DNA of 64,000 nucleotides from Bdellovibrionales bacterium (lineage in GTDB: Bacteria; Bdellovibrionota; Bdellovibrionia; Bdellovibrionales; UBA1609): positions 352,001-416,000 of the forward strand of contig CBDCMT010000001.1 of assembly GCA_965219095.1 (NCBI GenBank), in the 5' to 3' direction. Under the pieces are notes generated by a model. It was not told the origin of the DNA and did no database searches. It saw only the letters and a list, made by a program, of their open reading frames with translations. The position numbers and the translations under genes are program-made. Below, in pieces: positions 38,867-49,798 of this stretch. How positions within the stretch are numbered: position 1 is the first letter of the stretch; the number at the start of each line of letters is the position of its first letter.

Positions 38867-40903
38867 GAGGATGTCCCATTTCTCGGTGGAATTCTGTTCA
38901 AAAATGGAGCAGATAAGAGGACTCCCTGGTGGATTTTTAAGTCCACCTAGGATTTAATAAATATTTAGAATGAATTAAAAATTAAACAAAAGGAGTCCAA
39001 AATGAAGAATACAAAAGAAAAAATATCAATTCAAGAACTATCGGATCACAAGGAGATTCAAGATGCTGTTCATAACTATATGAAGCATAGAATTCTTGAC
39101 GTAATCTACTGGATATTTAATGACGAAGTCACTAAGCTCTGTGGTCCACTATACGATCGAGAGGAAGAATGCATGCGAAATGGAAGCGATCCTGGGTCTG
39201 TTTATGCTCAAGGACAAAGAGTTTCGATTCGAAAGCCCAGAGTTAAAAAAGACGGAAAAGATGTCAAACTGCGAACATACTCTGCTTTGAGAAACTACGA
39301 TGTTTTCACTGAAAAGATTCAGAACCACCTTCTCCATGGAGTTTCAACAAGGGACTACGATCCTCTTTTAGAGGAGATTTCTGGTGGCACAGGAGTTAAG
39401 AAGAGTTCTGTTTCTAGAGCTTTTGTAAATTCCTCTAAGAAGGCTTTAGATGAGATAAGCTCTAAGGACTTGTCTAAGCATGAGTTTGTTTCAGTCATGA
39501 TAGATGGAGTAGGCTTTGGAGATCGTACAGTGGTGGTTGCTTTAGGTATCGACGTGACGGGCAAAAAGCACATTATAGGGTTACGAGAAGGAACTACAGA
39601 AAATTGCGAGCTGACAAAAGATCTTTTAGATGTAATAGTCGCAACTTAATCTGACACGTCTCGAAATGTCAAAGAGATGAAAAGAGGTTACCCTTTTAAA
39701 TAAACAATACCACCCCAAAGGGTGGAGAAAGGATAACAAAAATGACATATCAAGAAAGAATTATAAAATCAAAAGTAGGTCTTTTGCAATTAGCAGAAGA
39801 GTTAGGCAATGTATCTCAAGCTTGTAAGGTGATGGGCTTTTCAAGAGATACATTTTATCGTTACAAGACACTCAAAGAGGAAGGAGGTTTAGAATCATTA
39901 AGAGAGCAAAGTCGTAGAAAGCCTAATTTAAAAAACAGAGTTGATCAAACGACAGAAGAGGCTTGTTTAAGGATCGCTATAGAACTTCCTGCCTATGGAC
40001 AGTTGAGAGCGTCCAATGAGTTAAGGAAAAAAGGAATTTTTATTTCTCCTGCAGGAGTTAGAGGGGTCTGGCTGAGAAATAATTTAGAGACTTTCAAAAA
40101 GCGTTTGAAAGCTTTAGAAAAGAAGTCTGCAGAGGAAGGCTTGGTTTTCACAGAGGAGCAGTTACAAGCCCTAGAGAAGAAGAAACAAGAGGATTTAGAG
40201 TGCGGAGAGGTAGAGACAGCTCATCCTGGTTATTTAGGCTCACAGGACACTTTTTATGTGGGAACTATGAAAGGTGTAGGACGTCTTTATCAACAAACCT
40301 TTGTGGACACTTACTCAAAAATTGCTTTCTGTAAGCTCTATAAAACGAAAACACCTATTACAGCAGCTGACCTTCTCAATGATAGAGTGTTTCCTTTTTT
40401 TGAAGACCATGATGTGCCCCTGCTTCGTATGTTAACAGATAGGGGTACAGAGTTCTGTGGAGTTCAAGATCGTCACGATTATGAGCTTTATTTGGCTATC
40501 AATGATATAGAGCACACAAAAACAAAGGCAAGACATCCTCAAACCAATGGCATCTGTGAAAGATTTCATAGAACAATTTTAGAGGAGTTTTATCAAGTGG
40601 AGTTTAGAAAAAAAGTGTACAAAAGCATAGAAGAGTTGCAGTCTGACCTTGACTTGTGGCTTGTGAAATATAATGAAAGGAGAACTCATCAGGGAAAAAT
40701 GTGTTGTGGTCGAACACCTATGGAAACTTTCCTTGACGGAAAACAAAAAGTAAGGCAAAAGATGATTGAACAGAACGAAAACTGACAGACAGTTTTTTAT
40801 CAACCCAGAAAGGGTAACTGTCAGATCATATAACGTCTATTACATTTTAGAGAACCTTGTTTCTAGAGGTTCAGATAAGGGCTATCTTTTTATTATTGAT
40901 GGT
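38867..40903 (+). mobile_element. IS256-family 5' half, interrupted by IS481 and truncated by IS3
   Basis: End GAGGATGTCCC at 38867. ORF 39002.. (GVSTRDY, VMIDG) continues after IS481 as LLENLVSRGSDKGYLFIIDG. Confidence 0.85.
39631..40844 (+). mobile_element. IS481-family element, intact
   Basis: TGTAATAG...CTATTACA ends, 7-bp TSD TTTTAGA (39624-39630, 40845-40851), transposase 39742..40785 (TDRGTEF, NGICERFH). Confidence 0.93.
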
Positions 40904-42154
40904 TGAACTTCCCCCAAAAAAGTGGACAGTTTTTATGTTCTTAAAGCCCTCCTTTGTTTAAATTCTTTTGGGCTCATGTATTTCAAGGAAGAATGCATTC
41001 TTACCTTGTTATACCAATCCATGTAAATTGCAATTTTTTTCTCCAACTCTTCTTTCGTTGTACAGTCTTTGTATTCCAGTTCATCCTTCAACGTATGGAA
41101 AAAGCTCTCCACAAACGCATTATCATAACAATTTCCTTTCCTAGACATAGATTGCTTGAGGCCAAAGAATTTCAATTCTTTTCTAAACCCTTCGCAACAA
41201 TATTGAACCCCTTGATCCGAGTGGATTATCAAGCCCTCTAAGTTCCCAGAAACAGATTGGACTGCGGCTCTCAGAGCCTGTTTTGAATGAACCCCGTCCA
41301 AGCTCTCACAGAGCTTCCAAGACTTAATCTCTCGATTATAGACATCTAAAAATACAACCAAATACAGAAATTTATCTCTAAAAGGAATATAGGTTAAATC
41401 CGAACACCATACCTGGTTTTCTTTTCCTGCTTGGCTCTGTCCTGTCTTAAACAACCGAGGAGACTTAATCATGAGAGGGTTATTCTTTGTTGTTCTAGGA
41501 ACATAGGGTTTTTTCTGACGGGCACTGAGATTCTTTAGTTTCATAATTCGAGCTACTTTGTTTTCTCCAGCACTCACTCCGCAACGCTTTAATTCCCTAT
41601 ACACCCTGGGGGAACCATAACAGCCTTTATTTTTTTTAAAAATAGATTCTATGTTTTTCTCCAGATTTTTATCCTTTTCAAGCTTTCCCCTGGTTTTTAA
41701 AAAACTATAAAAACCAGAACGAGATCCTCTTAATAATTCGCAAATGCGAAGCACTGGATGCCCTTTCTCTTTTACATAAAACATAGCCTTAAATCTCATT
41801 TCAGGATTTCCTTTGAAAAAAAAGCCGCTGCCTCTTTCAATATACCTACACTCCGCCTCTCATAGACCAGCTCCTTTTTTAACCTCTTTATTTCCTCCAA
41901 TGCCGAAGCCAAGTCATGGGAAGCTTGTCTTTCTACTTCAGGCTTTAGAAAACGCTTCCAAGAGCTTATCACTTGGAAATTTCTCAGTCCTAGCTTCTCT
42001 GAGGCTTCCTTTGCACCTATTTCCTCTGCCAATTCAATGGCTTGCTTTTTAAACTCTTCCGAGTACTGTTTTACTTTTTCCATTCTTTCTTTTACCTCCA
42101 TTTTATGGAGACTTTAAGAGAAAATTGACTGTCCGCAGAAACAGGGGAAGTTCA
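40904..42154 (-). mobile_element. IS3-family element (orfA 41796..42101, orfB 40933..41799)
   Basis: TGAACTTCCCC...GGGGAAGTTCA ends; WCSDLTY, HSDQGVQY, DNAFVESFF; no TSD. Confidence 0.92.
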
Positions 42155-42912
42155 GACTTTCAAAAAGCGTTTGAAAGCTTTAGAAAAGAAGTCTGCAGAG
42201 GAAGGCTTGGTTTTCACAGAGGAGCAGTTACAAGCCCTAGAGAAGAAGAAACAAGAGGATTTAGAGTGCGGAGAGGTAGAGACAGCTCATCCTGGTTATT
42301 TAGGCTCACAGGACACTTTTTATGTGGGAACTATGAAAGGTGTAGGACGTCTTTATCAACAAACCTTTGTGGACACTTACTCAAAAATTGCTTTCTGTAA
42401 GCTCTATAAAACGAAAACACCTATTACAGCAGCTGACCTTCTCAATGATAGAGTGTTTCCTTTTTTTGAAGACACCATGATGTGCCCCTGCTTCGTATGT
42501 TAACAGATAGGGGTACAGAGTTCTGTGGAGTTCAAGATCGTCACGATTATGAGCTTTATTTGGCTATCAACAATATAGAACACACAAAAACAAAGGCAAG
42601 ACATCCTCAAACCAATGGCATCTGTGAAAGATTTCATAGAACAATTTTAGAGGAGTTTTATCAAGTGGAGTTTAGAAAAAAAGTGTACAAAAGCATAGAA
42701 GAGTTGCAGTCTGACCTTGACTTGTGGCTTGTAAAATATAATGAAAGGAGAACTCATCAGGGAAAAATGTGTTGTGGTCGAACACCTATGGAAACTTTCC
42801 TTGACGGAAAACAAAAAGTAAGGCAAAAGATGATTGAACAGAACGAAAACTGACAGACAGTTTTTTATCAACCCAGAAAGGGTAACTGTCAGATCATATA
42901 ACGTCTATTACA
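42155..42912 (+). mobile_element. IS481 copy 2, 5'-deleted and frameshifted
   Basis: Nearly identical to 40089-40844, with an extra 2 bp at about 42473 (GACACCATG vs GACCATG). Confidence 0.92.
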
Positions 42913-43772
42913 AATCACTGTTTCCACAACAGAACGTTTTTTCAACATCAACTTGTCAAATAAGGGAATCAATTTATTCTCCATATTTAATTTGACGTTT
43001 GTAATAAGCTTAACTCCCTTTTTTAAAAGCTTTTTGAAAAGGTCTGATGAAATATAACCTTTGTCTCCAAAGAGTTTCCCCACCAGCCCTTTACACAAAC
43101 CTATAACAGGCTTTCGATCATCTACATTTCCCTGAGTTAAGGTAAAACTTAAAAGTTCTCCGAGGTGATTGATAACAATATGGAGTTTAAATCCGAAGAA
43201 CCAGCCCATACTACTTTTGCCTCTTTTTAGCTAACTTTTAGAACACTTTATTTCGTCCTATTCTTTTATTTTTGAAGAAAAATCGATGTGGAATCAATAA
43301 ATGATATGCCGGTGGTTTTACTCATAAGGCTTGTCGAGAAAAGAAACATCAAAAAAGCCATGTCTTTTTTGATGTTCACAAATCGGGAGTAAGACAACAT
43401 TTTAGGAAAATAAGGTTTAAGATAGACTTCTGCAAACTGATAAAAGGCTTTAAAATTCCTAAAGCCAGAACTTTGGAAAAGTAAGCAAAGAGTGATAATT
43501 TCGCTGGGAGACATAGCACAAGAAAAACCTCTTTTATTTTTGGAAACTAGTTCTGGATGCTGCTGTATGAGAGGGGTTAAAAAATCATCGACAAGAACAT
43601 AAATTGATATGATATAATTAGAATTAAACATCTTAGACCTCCTTGTATGTTTTTTTATAACTCTCAAGGTGTTTTTTCTTGTAAGTTGCTTCTTCAAGAA
43701 AATCTTACAAAAGTCTGAGGTATTTGTTTATATTAGCTAGCCTTTAGCCCTGAAAAAAGTCGAAACTCGGGT
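42913..43772 (-). mobile_element. IS982-family element, frameshifted and 3'-truncated
   Basis: Left end ACCCGAGTTTCG; SEIITL, FIDST, GWFFGFKLH, GDKGYIS. Confidence 0.85.
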
Positions 43773-44216
43773 TAGTAGAGTCCTGCTATCGTGTATGTTT
43801 CCACTAAAAGTTTTATGAAACACTGGTATTCCTTCTTTTTGAGTTGTCACCAAACCAATTTGAATCAAAGGATTTCCACGTTTCCCATCCTTACTCTTTC
43901 CTAATTTTCCAAGCTGACATTTGCTACCATAAAGGTATGTGTTTGTAACATCGTACACTAACCCTTTTAGCTCAAGATTGTACCTTTTCTGAGCACCTTG
44001 AAATATTTTTTTCTGTAAATTTTCTGGATCACTCTCTAAAGAATCTAGAGCAGAAAGCAAACGACTCATCTAAGAAATATCCTCCTCAGTAGAAGTCAAG
44101 GGCTGTTAAGAAACCGACTTACATTTGTTGATTGTCTTGTCAAACAAGAAAATAAAAAAATCTAATTATATTAAATACTTATAATTACTGCATCGCTCCG
44201 AAATACTGAACTCAGG

Positions 44217-44414
44217 AGAATCGTTTGAAAGAAGAACGGAAACATCACATTTATTTTAAAAACAGTCTGTTATCATAAAAGTTGCGATATTTACATCTAA
44301 ACCCTTTTCTTCAAATTTAGAGATTTTTACTTTTCTCTTATAAAGTGGATTGCCTTTTTCTAAGAGTTCTCCATAGACAGCCCACCTTTTAAATTGGCCG
44401 AAATATGATCTTCC
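44217..44414 (-). pseudogene. NYN-domain (PIN-like, LabA/DUF88) gene fragment
   Basis: Manual translation KFEEKGLDVNIATFMITDCF*NKCDVSVLLSNDS; bounded by IS ends on both sides. Confidence 0.7.
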
Positions 44415-44453
44415 GAGCCTGTAAATTAAATTGTGTAACTGATTTACAGGCTC
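44415..44453. mobile_element. 39-bp IS256-type mini-element GAGCCTGTAAA...TTTACAGGCTC
   Basis: 11-bp perfect IR; the same end motif occurs at 59407-59446; contains the trmL stop. Confidence 0.6.
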
Positions 44454-44911
44454 ATGGAAAAATCCACTTGCCTTACCGCCTCCATTAAAACCATAGACAC
44501 TGCTGAAGCCAAGTTATAACTTCTAATACGTTCTGTATGAGGTATAGTGAGACACTGTTTTTGATATTCATGCAAAAGAATTCTGTCTAAACCTCTTGTT
44601 TCTGGTCCAAAAACAAGCCAATCTTTTTTTTGGAATTGAGCTTGAAAAACATGTCTTTTCACTTTTGTTGTAAAGAAAAAAACTCTTCTCTTATTTTCAA
44701 CTTTTTCAAACCAAGCTCTAAAATTTTCATGAACAAAAAGCTTTACATAAGGCCAGTAGTCCAGCCCTGCTCTTTTTACTTTTTTATCACTTAAATCAAA
44801 ACCAAAGGGTTTTATCAAATGAAGTTCTGAATTAAACCCTAAGCAAGTTCTACCTATGCTCCCAGTATTGGAAGGGATCTCAGGCTCAAACAAAACAATT
44901 CTAAAACTCAT
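44444..44911 (-). CDS. trmL: tRNA (cytidine/uridine-34 2'-O)-methyltransferase
   Basis: IVLFEPEIPSNTG, KRAGLDYW, FGPETRGL, RSYNLA. Confidence 0.93.
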   Translation of the reverse strand: MSFRIVLFEPEIPSNTGSIGRTCLGFNSELHLIKPFGFDLSDKKVKRAGLDYWPYVKLFVHENFRAWFEKVENKRRVFFFTTKVKRHVFQAQFQKKDWLVFGPETRGLDRILLHEYQKQCLTIPHTERIRSYNLASAVSMVLMEAVRQVDFSMSL

Positions 44912-44967
44912 TTTTAAACCCTCTACGATCTTCTAATTAACTATTTCTTCACCAATCACTAATCTTT

Positions 44968-46053
44968 TTAAAGTTCTTTATTTAAACTTTTCTTTGTAAC
45001 CAAGCCTAGCTTTTGTAATTTTTGTGCTTTATCAATTAAATTTCCCGAACCTGTTTTAAGCCTTAAAAAAGCTTGATCATAATGCTCACGGGCCTGATCC
45101 AAACCATGACCTACTGATTCTAAAGAGGTCACAAAAGAAGCGAACTTGTCATACAATTTACCTGCTTCTAAGGCAATTTCTTGACTGTTCTGTTGCTGGC
45201 TTGATAACTTCCATAAAAAATTAACACTTCTCAAAACAATCAATAAAGTTGTAGGACTTACAGGAACCACAGAAGACTTTAAGCTTTTTGTAAAAAAATG
45301 AGGGTCTTCTTTAAGAGCTAAATGGAAAGCTCCTTCTATGGGAACAAACATCAAAGTAAAATCAAAGGACTGAAGTTTTTCTGATTGATGATAAGATTTT
45401 TTGCTTAAATCTAAAATATGATTTTCTAAAGCTTTCAAAAAATCTCTTCGGTAAGCATTTTGTTCACTTTTTGCTGCTGATAAAGCTCTTTCGTAAGAAG
45501 TTAAAGAGACTTTCGAATCAATCACAACTTGCTTATTATCAGGAAGCAAAACCACAACATCAGGTTTTTGAAGTCTTTTATCTTCATCTCTCATTTTTAA
45601 GTCTTTTCCTTGAAGAATGTAATTATCGCCTTCAACAAGCCCTGCAGATTGTAAAATCTTTTCTAAAATCATCTCACCCCACACTCCTTGGCTTTTTACA
45701 TCTCCTTTAAGAGCTTTTATAAGTTTTTCCGTTTCATCTGTCATTTTTTTGTTAATTTCTGTTATATGACTTACTTCATTTTTTAAAGCAAATCGTTCTC
45801 TTGACTCTTGAGAGTAGGCCTTTTCGACTTTTTTTTCAAATTTTTCTATATTCTCTTTAAAAGGCTTTAAAATAAGATCCATACCCTCTTGAGAGCTCTT
45901 TAAATTCTTTGCCATAAATTTCTGAAAAAAATCTTCAAGTCTTTGATCTGCTACAGACTGAGCATGTTTTTTGCCCCATTTCAAGCCTATAAGAACACCT
46001 AAAACCAAACTTAAAAGACAAAAAAACAAAAGCGTCATTAAAGAATCCATCAC
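44968..46053 (-). CDS. rmuC: DNA recombination protein RmuC
   Basis: QGVWGEMILE, PDVVVLLP...IDSKVSL, MFVPIE, SPTTL. Confidence 0.93.
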   Translation of the reverse strand: MMDSLMTLLFFCLLSLVLGVLIGLKWGKKHAQSVADQRLEDFFQKFMAKNLKSSQEGMDLILKPFKENIEKFEKKVEKAYSQESRERFALKNEVSHITEINKKMTDETEKLIKALKGDVKSQGVWGEMILEKILQSAGLVEGDNYILQGKDLKMRDEDKRLQKPDVVVLLPDNKQVVIDSKVSLTSYERALSAAKSEQNAYRRDFLKALENHILDLSKKSYHQSEKLQSFDFTLMFVPIEGAFHLALKEDPHFFTKSLKSSVVPVSPTTLLIVLRSVNFLWKLSSQQQNSQEIALEAGKLYDKFASFVTSLESVGHGLDQAREHYDQAFLRLKTGSGNLIDKAQKLQKLGLVTKKSLNKEL

Positions 46054-46682
46054 AAAGATGCATCTTCTTGGTTTTCAGGAAGGGCTTTTTGGAAACACTC
46101 TAATTTCAGACAATGATCTTCAATTTCCACAAGTCTTTTCAAATCAGTTAAATCGATCTTAAATCGTCTTGCATTATAAAGCTGGGGAACTAAAAATACA
46201 TCAGCCCAAGTCAGATGATCTCCTAAAGAGTACTTTCCTTTAAGTGAAAGCCCTAAAATCCTCTTCTGAAAGGCTTTTAAACCTCTTGTTATCCAAAATT
46301 TGATCCATTCCTCCACATTCACACCCTCTGCCTTAAGCCTCTTTAAAACACAAAAATTCTGTAAAGGTTGTGTTCCAGAATTGATGATCTCTGACAGCTC
46401 TATGACAAGATTTTTTTTTTCAAAAGGTAGAAGGCGGGGTTTAGGGTGGATGTCTTCTAAGTAAAATAAAATGGCCATGGTTTGATTGATAACCTGATTT
46501 CCTACTACTAAAGAAGGGACTTGACCTAGAGCGTTTTGAAATAAATAGCTTTGACGTGATTGTTCTTGTCTGACAAGATGCACAGGCTTGATTTGAAAAG
46601 CAAGGTTTTTATAATGAAGAGCTATACGCACCCTATAGCTACAGGAACTTCGCCAATAACTAAAAAGAGTAAGATTTGACAT
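46050..46682 (-). CDS. maiA: Maleylacetoacetate isomerase (GST zeta)
   Basis: YWRSSCSYRVRIAL, SGTQPLQN, ADVFLVPQLYNARRF. Confidence 0.92.
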   Translation of the reverse strand: MSNLTLFSYWRSSCSYRVRIALHYKNLAFQIKPVHLVRQEQSRQSYLFQNALGQVPSLVVGNQVINQTMAILFYLEDIHPKPRLLPFEKKNLVIELSEIINSGTQPLQNFCVLKRLKAEGVNVEEWIKFWITRGLKAFQKRILGLSLKGKYSLGDHLTWADVFLVPQLYNARRFKIDLTDLKRLVEIEDHCLKLECFQKALPENQEDASL

Positions 46683-46747
46683 ATGTATTTTTCTTTGAGA
46701 AACTTTTTTTTGTCAAGGACTTTAGAAATTTTTGTTTATAAGAAGTT

Positions 46748-47716
46748 ATGAAATTAGGAACTTTAAAAAGCTCTCATAGAGATGGCAGTCTTGTCGTAGT
46801 TAGTCAAGACAACACAGTTTATGCTCAAGCACATTCTATTGCATCCCATTTAAGAGAGGCTTTAGAACATTGGACTGAAATCAAAGATAAGCTTTTCAAG
46901 CTATACCAACAAGTCAATGAAAGAAAAGTAAAAAACCACCCTGTAAAAGAAGAAGAGTTCCATTCCCCTCTTCCTCGCAGTTTTCAATGGATCGATGGCT
47001 CAGCCTACATCCAACATATTAAGCTTGTAAGACAAGCAAGAAAAGCTCCCCTACCTGAAACTTTAGAAACGATACCTCTTGTTTACCAAGGAGGAAGTGA
47101 TACCTTTTTAACTCCTACAGAAAAAATTCCTCAAATCGATTTTGAACATGGAACTGATTTTGAAGCCGAGGTAGGTGTCATTGTGGATGATGTTCCTATG
47201 GGAATCAGTCCTCAGGAGGCTTTATCTTACATTCGTCTTGTCGTGTTAATTAACGATGTATCCTTAAGAAATCTCATCCCTGAAGAATTGAAAAGAGGTT
47301 TTGGTTTTTTACAAAGTAAACCCTCCTCCTCTTTTGCTCCTTTTGCTTTAACTTTAGATGAGCTAGGAAATGCATGGAAGAGTGGACGCATCCATCTTCC
47401 CCTCCATGTGAAATACAATAACCACTTTTTTGGAAAAGCTAATGCTAAAGAAATGCACTTTTCTTTTGGGCAGATTATAAGTCATATTGCTTATACAAGA
47501 AAGCTCTCAGCAGGTACAATTATTGGAAGCGGTACTGTGTCTAATGAAGACACCTCTCAAGGAAGCAGTTGTTTAGCCGAGAAAAGAATGTTAGAAAAAA
47601 TTAAGACAGGCCATATTATAACACCTTTTATGAAAAAAGGAGATCGTGTAAGAATTTTTATGCTTGATGAAAAAGGAAACAACCTTTTTGGCAACATCGA
47701 TCAAACAGTAACCTAA
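46748..47716 (+). CDS. Fumarylacetoacetate hydrolase family protein
   Basis: QWIDGSAY, YQGGSD, DFEAEV, NDVSLRNLIP, GTIIGSGTVSN; divergent from maiA. Confidence 0.9.
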   Translation: MKLGTLKSSHRDGSLVVVSQDNTVYAQAHSIASHLREALEHWTEIKDKLFKLYQQVNERKVKNHPVKEEEFHSPLPRSFQWIDGSAYIQHIKLVRQARKAPLPETLETIPLVYQGGSDTFLTPTEKIPQIDFEHGTDFEAEVGVIVDDVPMGISPQEALSYIRLVVLINDVSLRNLIPEELKRGFGFLQSKPSSSFAPFALTLDELGNAWKSGRIHLPLHVKYNNHFFGKANAKEMHFSFGQIISHIAYTRKLSAGTIIGSGTVSNEDTSQGSSCLAEKRMLEKIKTGHIITPFMKKGDRVRIFMLDEKGNNLFGNIDQTVT

Positions 47717-47741
47717 ACGAATTTATCTTAAGGAATTTTCT

Positions 47742-48314
47742 ATGCACTCCTTAGTCATTTTTGCCTCTCAATCAGGTTCTTGTTTTCAGGCTTTTATTGA
47801 CAACCGCTCTCGTATGAACTGTGAAATCAAACTCCTAGTGACAGATAAGAGAAAAGCCCAAGCTGTCAAAAGAGCTCACATACACCATATCCCCGTTTAC
47901 TTCATAGACTCAAAAAACTCTAAGGAAGATATGCTTTTAAGTCAAAAATTGAAAACTTTAAAACCTGACTTGATTTTATTGTGTGGGTTTTTAAAAAAAA
48001 TAGGTCCTGAAACTTTAGCTCATTTTAAAGGAAAAATTCTCAACATTCATCCTTCTCTTCTTCCTCAATATGGAGGAAAAGGCTTCTATGGCCTTAATGT
48101 ATTCAAAGCGATTTTAGAAAATAAAGAACCCCTAACAGGAGCTACAGTTCACTGGGTCAATGAAAACTATGATGAAGGAGAGATTGTTGATCAAATAAAA
48201 CTTCCTGTTTTGCCTAACGACACTCCTTTTTCTCTACATTCACGTCTAGCTCCCCTTGAGCACAAATTGTATTTAAATGTTGTCAAAAAAATTTTAAATT
48301 CAAAGCAAAAATAA
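47742..48314 (+). CDS. purN: Phosphoribosylglycinamide formyltransferase
   Basis: LNIHPSLLP, GATVHWV..YDEG. Confidence 0.9.
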   Translation: MHSLVIFASQSGSCFQAFIDNRSRMNCEIKLLVTDKRKAQAVKRAHIHHIPVYFIDSKNSKEDMLLSQKLKTLKPDLILLCGFLKKIGPETLAHFKGKILNIHPSLLPQYGGKGFYGLNVFKAILENKEPLTGATVHWVNENYDEGEIVDQIKLPVLPNDTPFSLHSRLAPLEHKLYLNVVKKILNSKQK

Positions 48315-48335
48315 TGTTTTTTTATAACATTTCAC

Positions 48336-48383
48336 GGAGACTTTAAGAGAAAATTGACTGTCCGCAGAAACAGGGGAAATTCA
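48336..48383. mobile_element. Orphan IS3 left end
   Basis: Matches 42107-42154 with one mismatch. Confidence 0.85.
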
Positions 48384-48445
48384 TGGAAAAGATCATGGAC
48401 TAATTTCAGTGCTGCTCCTTACTCGGGTTAATAATGTTGCAACCA

Positions 48446-48519
48446 TATAGTGAATACGTTTAGATTTTCCGGTCGATTCTCTAGAGAAAAAACCTGAAAA
48501 CCTAAACGGAAGCACTATA
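48446..48519. mobile_element. About 74-bp IS630-type MITE, copy 2
   Basis: Inverted near-identical copy of 25504-25577. Confidence 0.85.
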
Positions 48520-48576
48520 TGATAACTTGATTGATAACTTGATGCATAAAAAACCCCCTACTGATAAAATCAGGAG

Positions 48577-48604
48577 AAACAGCTTCTTTTAAAAGAAGCT
48601 GTTT
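48577..48604. terminator. Probable intrinsic terminator (perfect 28-bp palindrome)
   Basis: AAACAGCTTCTTTTAAAAGAAGCTGTTT followed by a T run, between convergent purN and OMP genes. Confidence 0.65.
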
Positions 48605-48638
48605 TTTACTTTCATTTGATTGTTCTTCTAAAAGCTCT

Positions 48639-49553
48639 CTAGAAGCTATAAAGAAGACTAACCGTATAACTAACTTTACTTAATGAAAGAAATGTATCAG
48701 CCTTGTGAGTTTGTCTCCCTGCAGAAGCAAACACATCTAAAGCCATATTTTCTGTAAGAGAAAAGCTAGAGCCTCCAGAGATATCTAAAAACCCTTCTTG
48801 ACTATAAAATTCTTTTTGTGTTTCTTCTTCAGGTCTCTCAGTTTCAGAAGGCTCAGAAGGCTCAGAAGGCTCAGAAGGCTCCTGAGCTTGTTGTTCTTGT
48901 GCTCTATTTAAAGACATAGAGTAATCAACTTCTGTCCACAAAGACACTTTGTCATTCATTTTATAAGAAAATTTAATGCTGTTATCTAGTTTAAAAAATT
49001 TCTTTCCTGCATTATCTGCTAAATAATGGTAGTAGACAGGATTGATGTAGTAGGACAAAGCTACAGTCTTGTTAAGAGTTTTAACAAAACTTACCCGGCC
49101 ATAAAAAGTATGTTTTTTACTTTCACGACTTCTCTCCGATACAGGCATATAATACCTCATTTTTAAAGAAGTTTCAAGTCCTCCTGAAAGCTTACCTAAC
49201 TTACGAGAATATCCCAGATAGGGGTCTAGAAGAGTAGCTACACTTTCAAAATCTTGAGATAAATAGTTGAGTGTACTTCCAATAACGACACCTAGAGTAT
49301 CTTTTTTTGAAAGCGAATAACCCACTCCTAAGAGCTGAGCTCCTGAAAAACTATCATGAGCTAAGTTAGAACCTCCTTCTATATAATAATAACCTAAAAA
49401 AGGACTTTTCTTTTCAGGTGCAGGAGCAGTGGTTTTTGTTTTATTTGTAGTTGTGATTACTGAACTTGTTGATTTTTGTTCATTTTGTTCCTCAACAGTC
49501 CCTCCTAAAGCACTGTAGAACAAAACTAACATTATAAATAATGCTTTTTTCAT
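48639..49553 (-). CDS. Putative outer-membrane beta-barrel protein
   Basis: Signal peptide, alternating beta-strand pattern, C-terminal YTVSLLYSF; (EPS)n loop from the 9-bp repeat TCAGAAGGC x4 at 48844-48879. Confidence 0.7.
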   Translation of the reverse strand: MKKALFIMLVLFYSALGGTVEEQNEQKSTSSVITTTNKTKTTAPAPEKKSPFLGYYYIEGGSNLAHDSFSGAQLLGVGYSLSKKDTLGVVIGSTLNYLSQDFESVATLLDPYLGYSRKLGKLSGGLETSLKMRYYMPVSERSRESKKHTFYGRVSFVKTLNKTVALSYYINPVYYHYLADNAGKKFFKLDNSIKFSYKMNDKVSLWTEVDYSMSLNRAQEQQAQEPSEPSEPSEPSETERPEEETQKEFYSQEGFLDISGGSSFSLTENMALDVFASAGRQTHKADTFLSLSKVSYTVSLLYSF

Positions 49554-49798
49554 TTTATTTCTCCCTTCGTTAATTTTCTTTTTTTAGCCTTTGATGAATT
49601 TCAACTTATTTTTCCTTTTTCATTCAAAGACTTTTTTTCTTCCTTCAATTTTTCCTTAAGCTCAATTTTTTTTTTAACCTTTCAAAAATTTGGCAAAGGA
49701 AATTAAATTAAGAGAAACCTAAAACTAAAAAAAGGAAAAGAAAAGCAGTAATGCTTTGCGTTACTAGTTATGAAAAAATTCATTTAAACTAAAAACAA

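Larger units (their letters stand above)
38365..44216 (-). mobile_element. IS1634-like element c, fragmented; hosts an IS256/IS481/IS3/IS481/IS982 stack
   Basis: Ends CCTGAGTTC (38365) and GAACTCAGG (44216). Transposase pieces 43773-44069 (YDVTNTY, GKSKDGK) and 38464-38866 (IEKFFRTLK, RPIRHW). Confidence 0.75.

Noticed and set aside
28273..40903. The two IS256 halves as one element split by an inversion
   Set aside because: They overlap by about 20 codons with different sequence (LLQNLIERGLPQDSKKLFVTDG vs LLENLVSRGSDKGYLFIIDG), so they are distinct elements.
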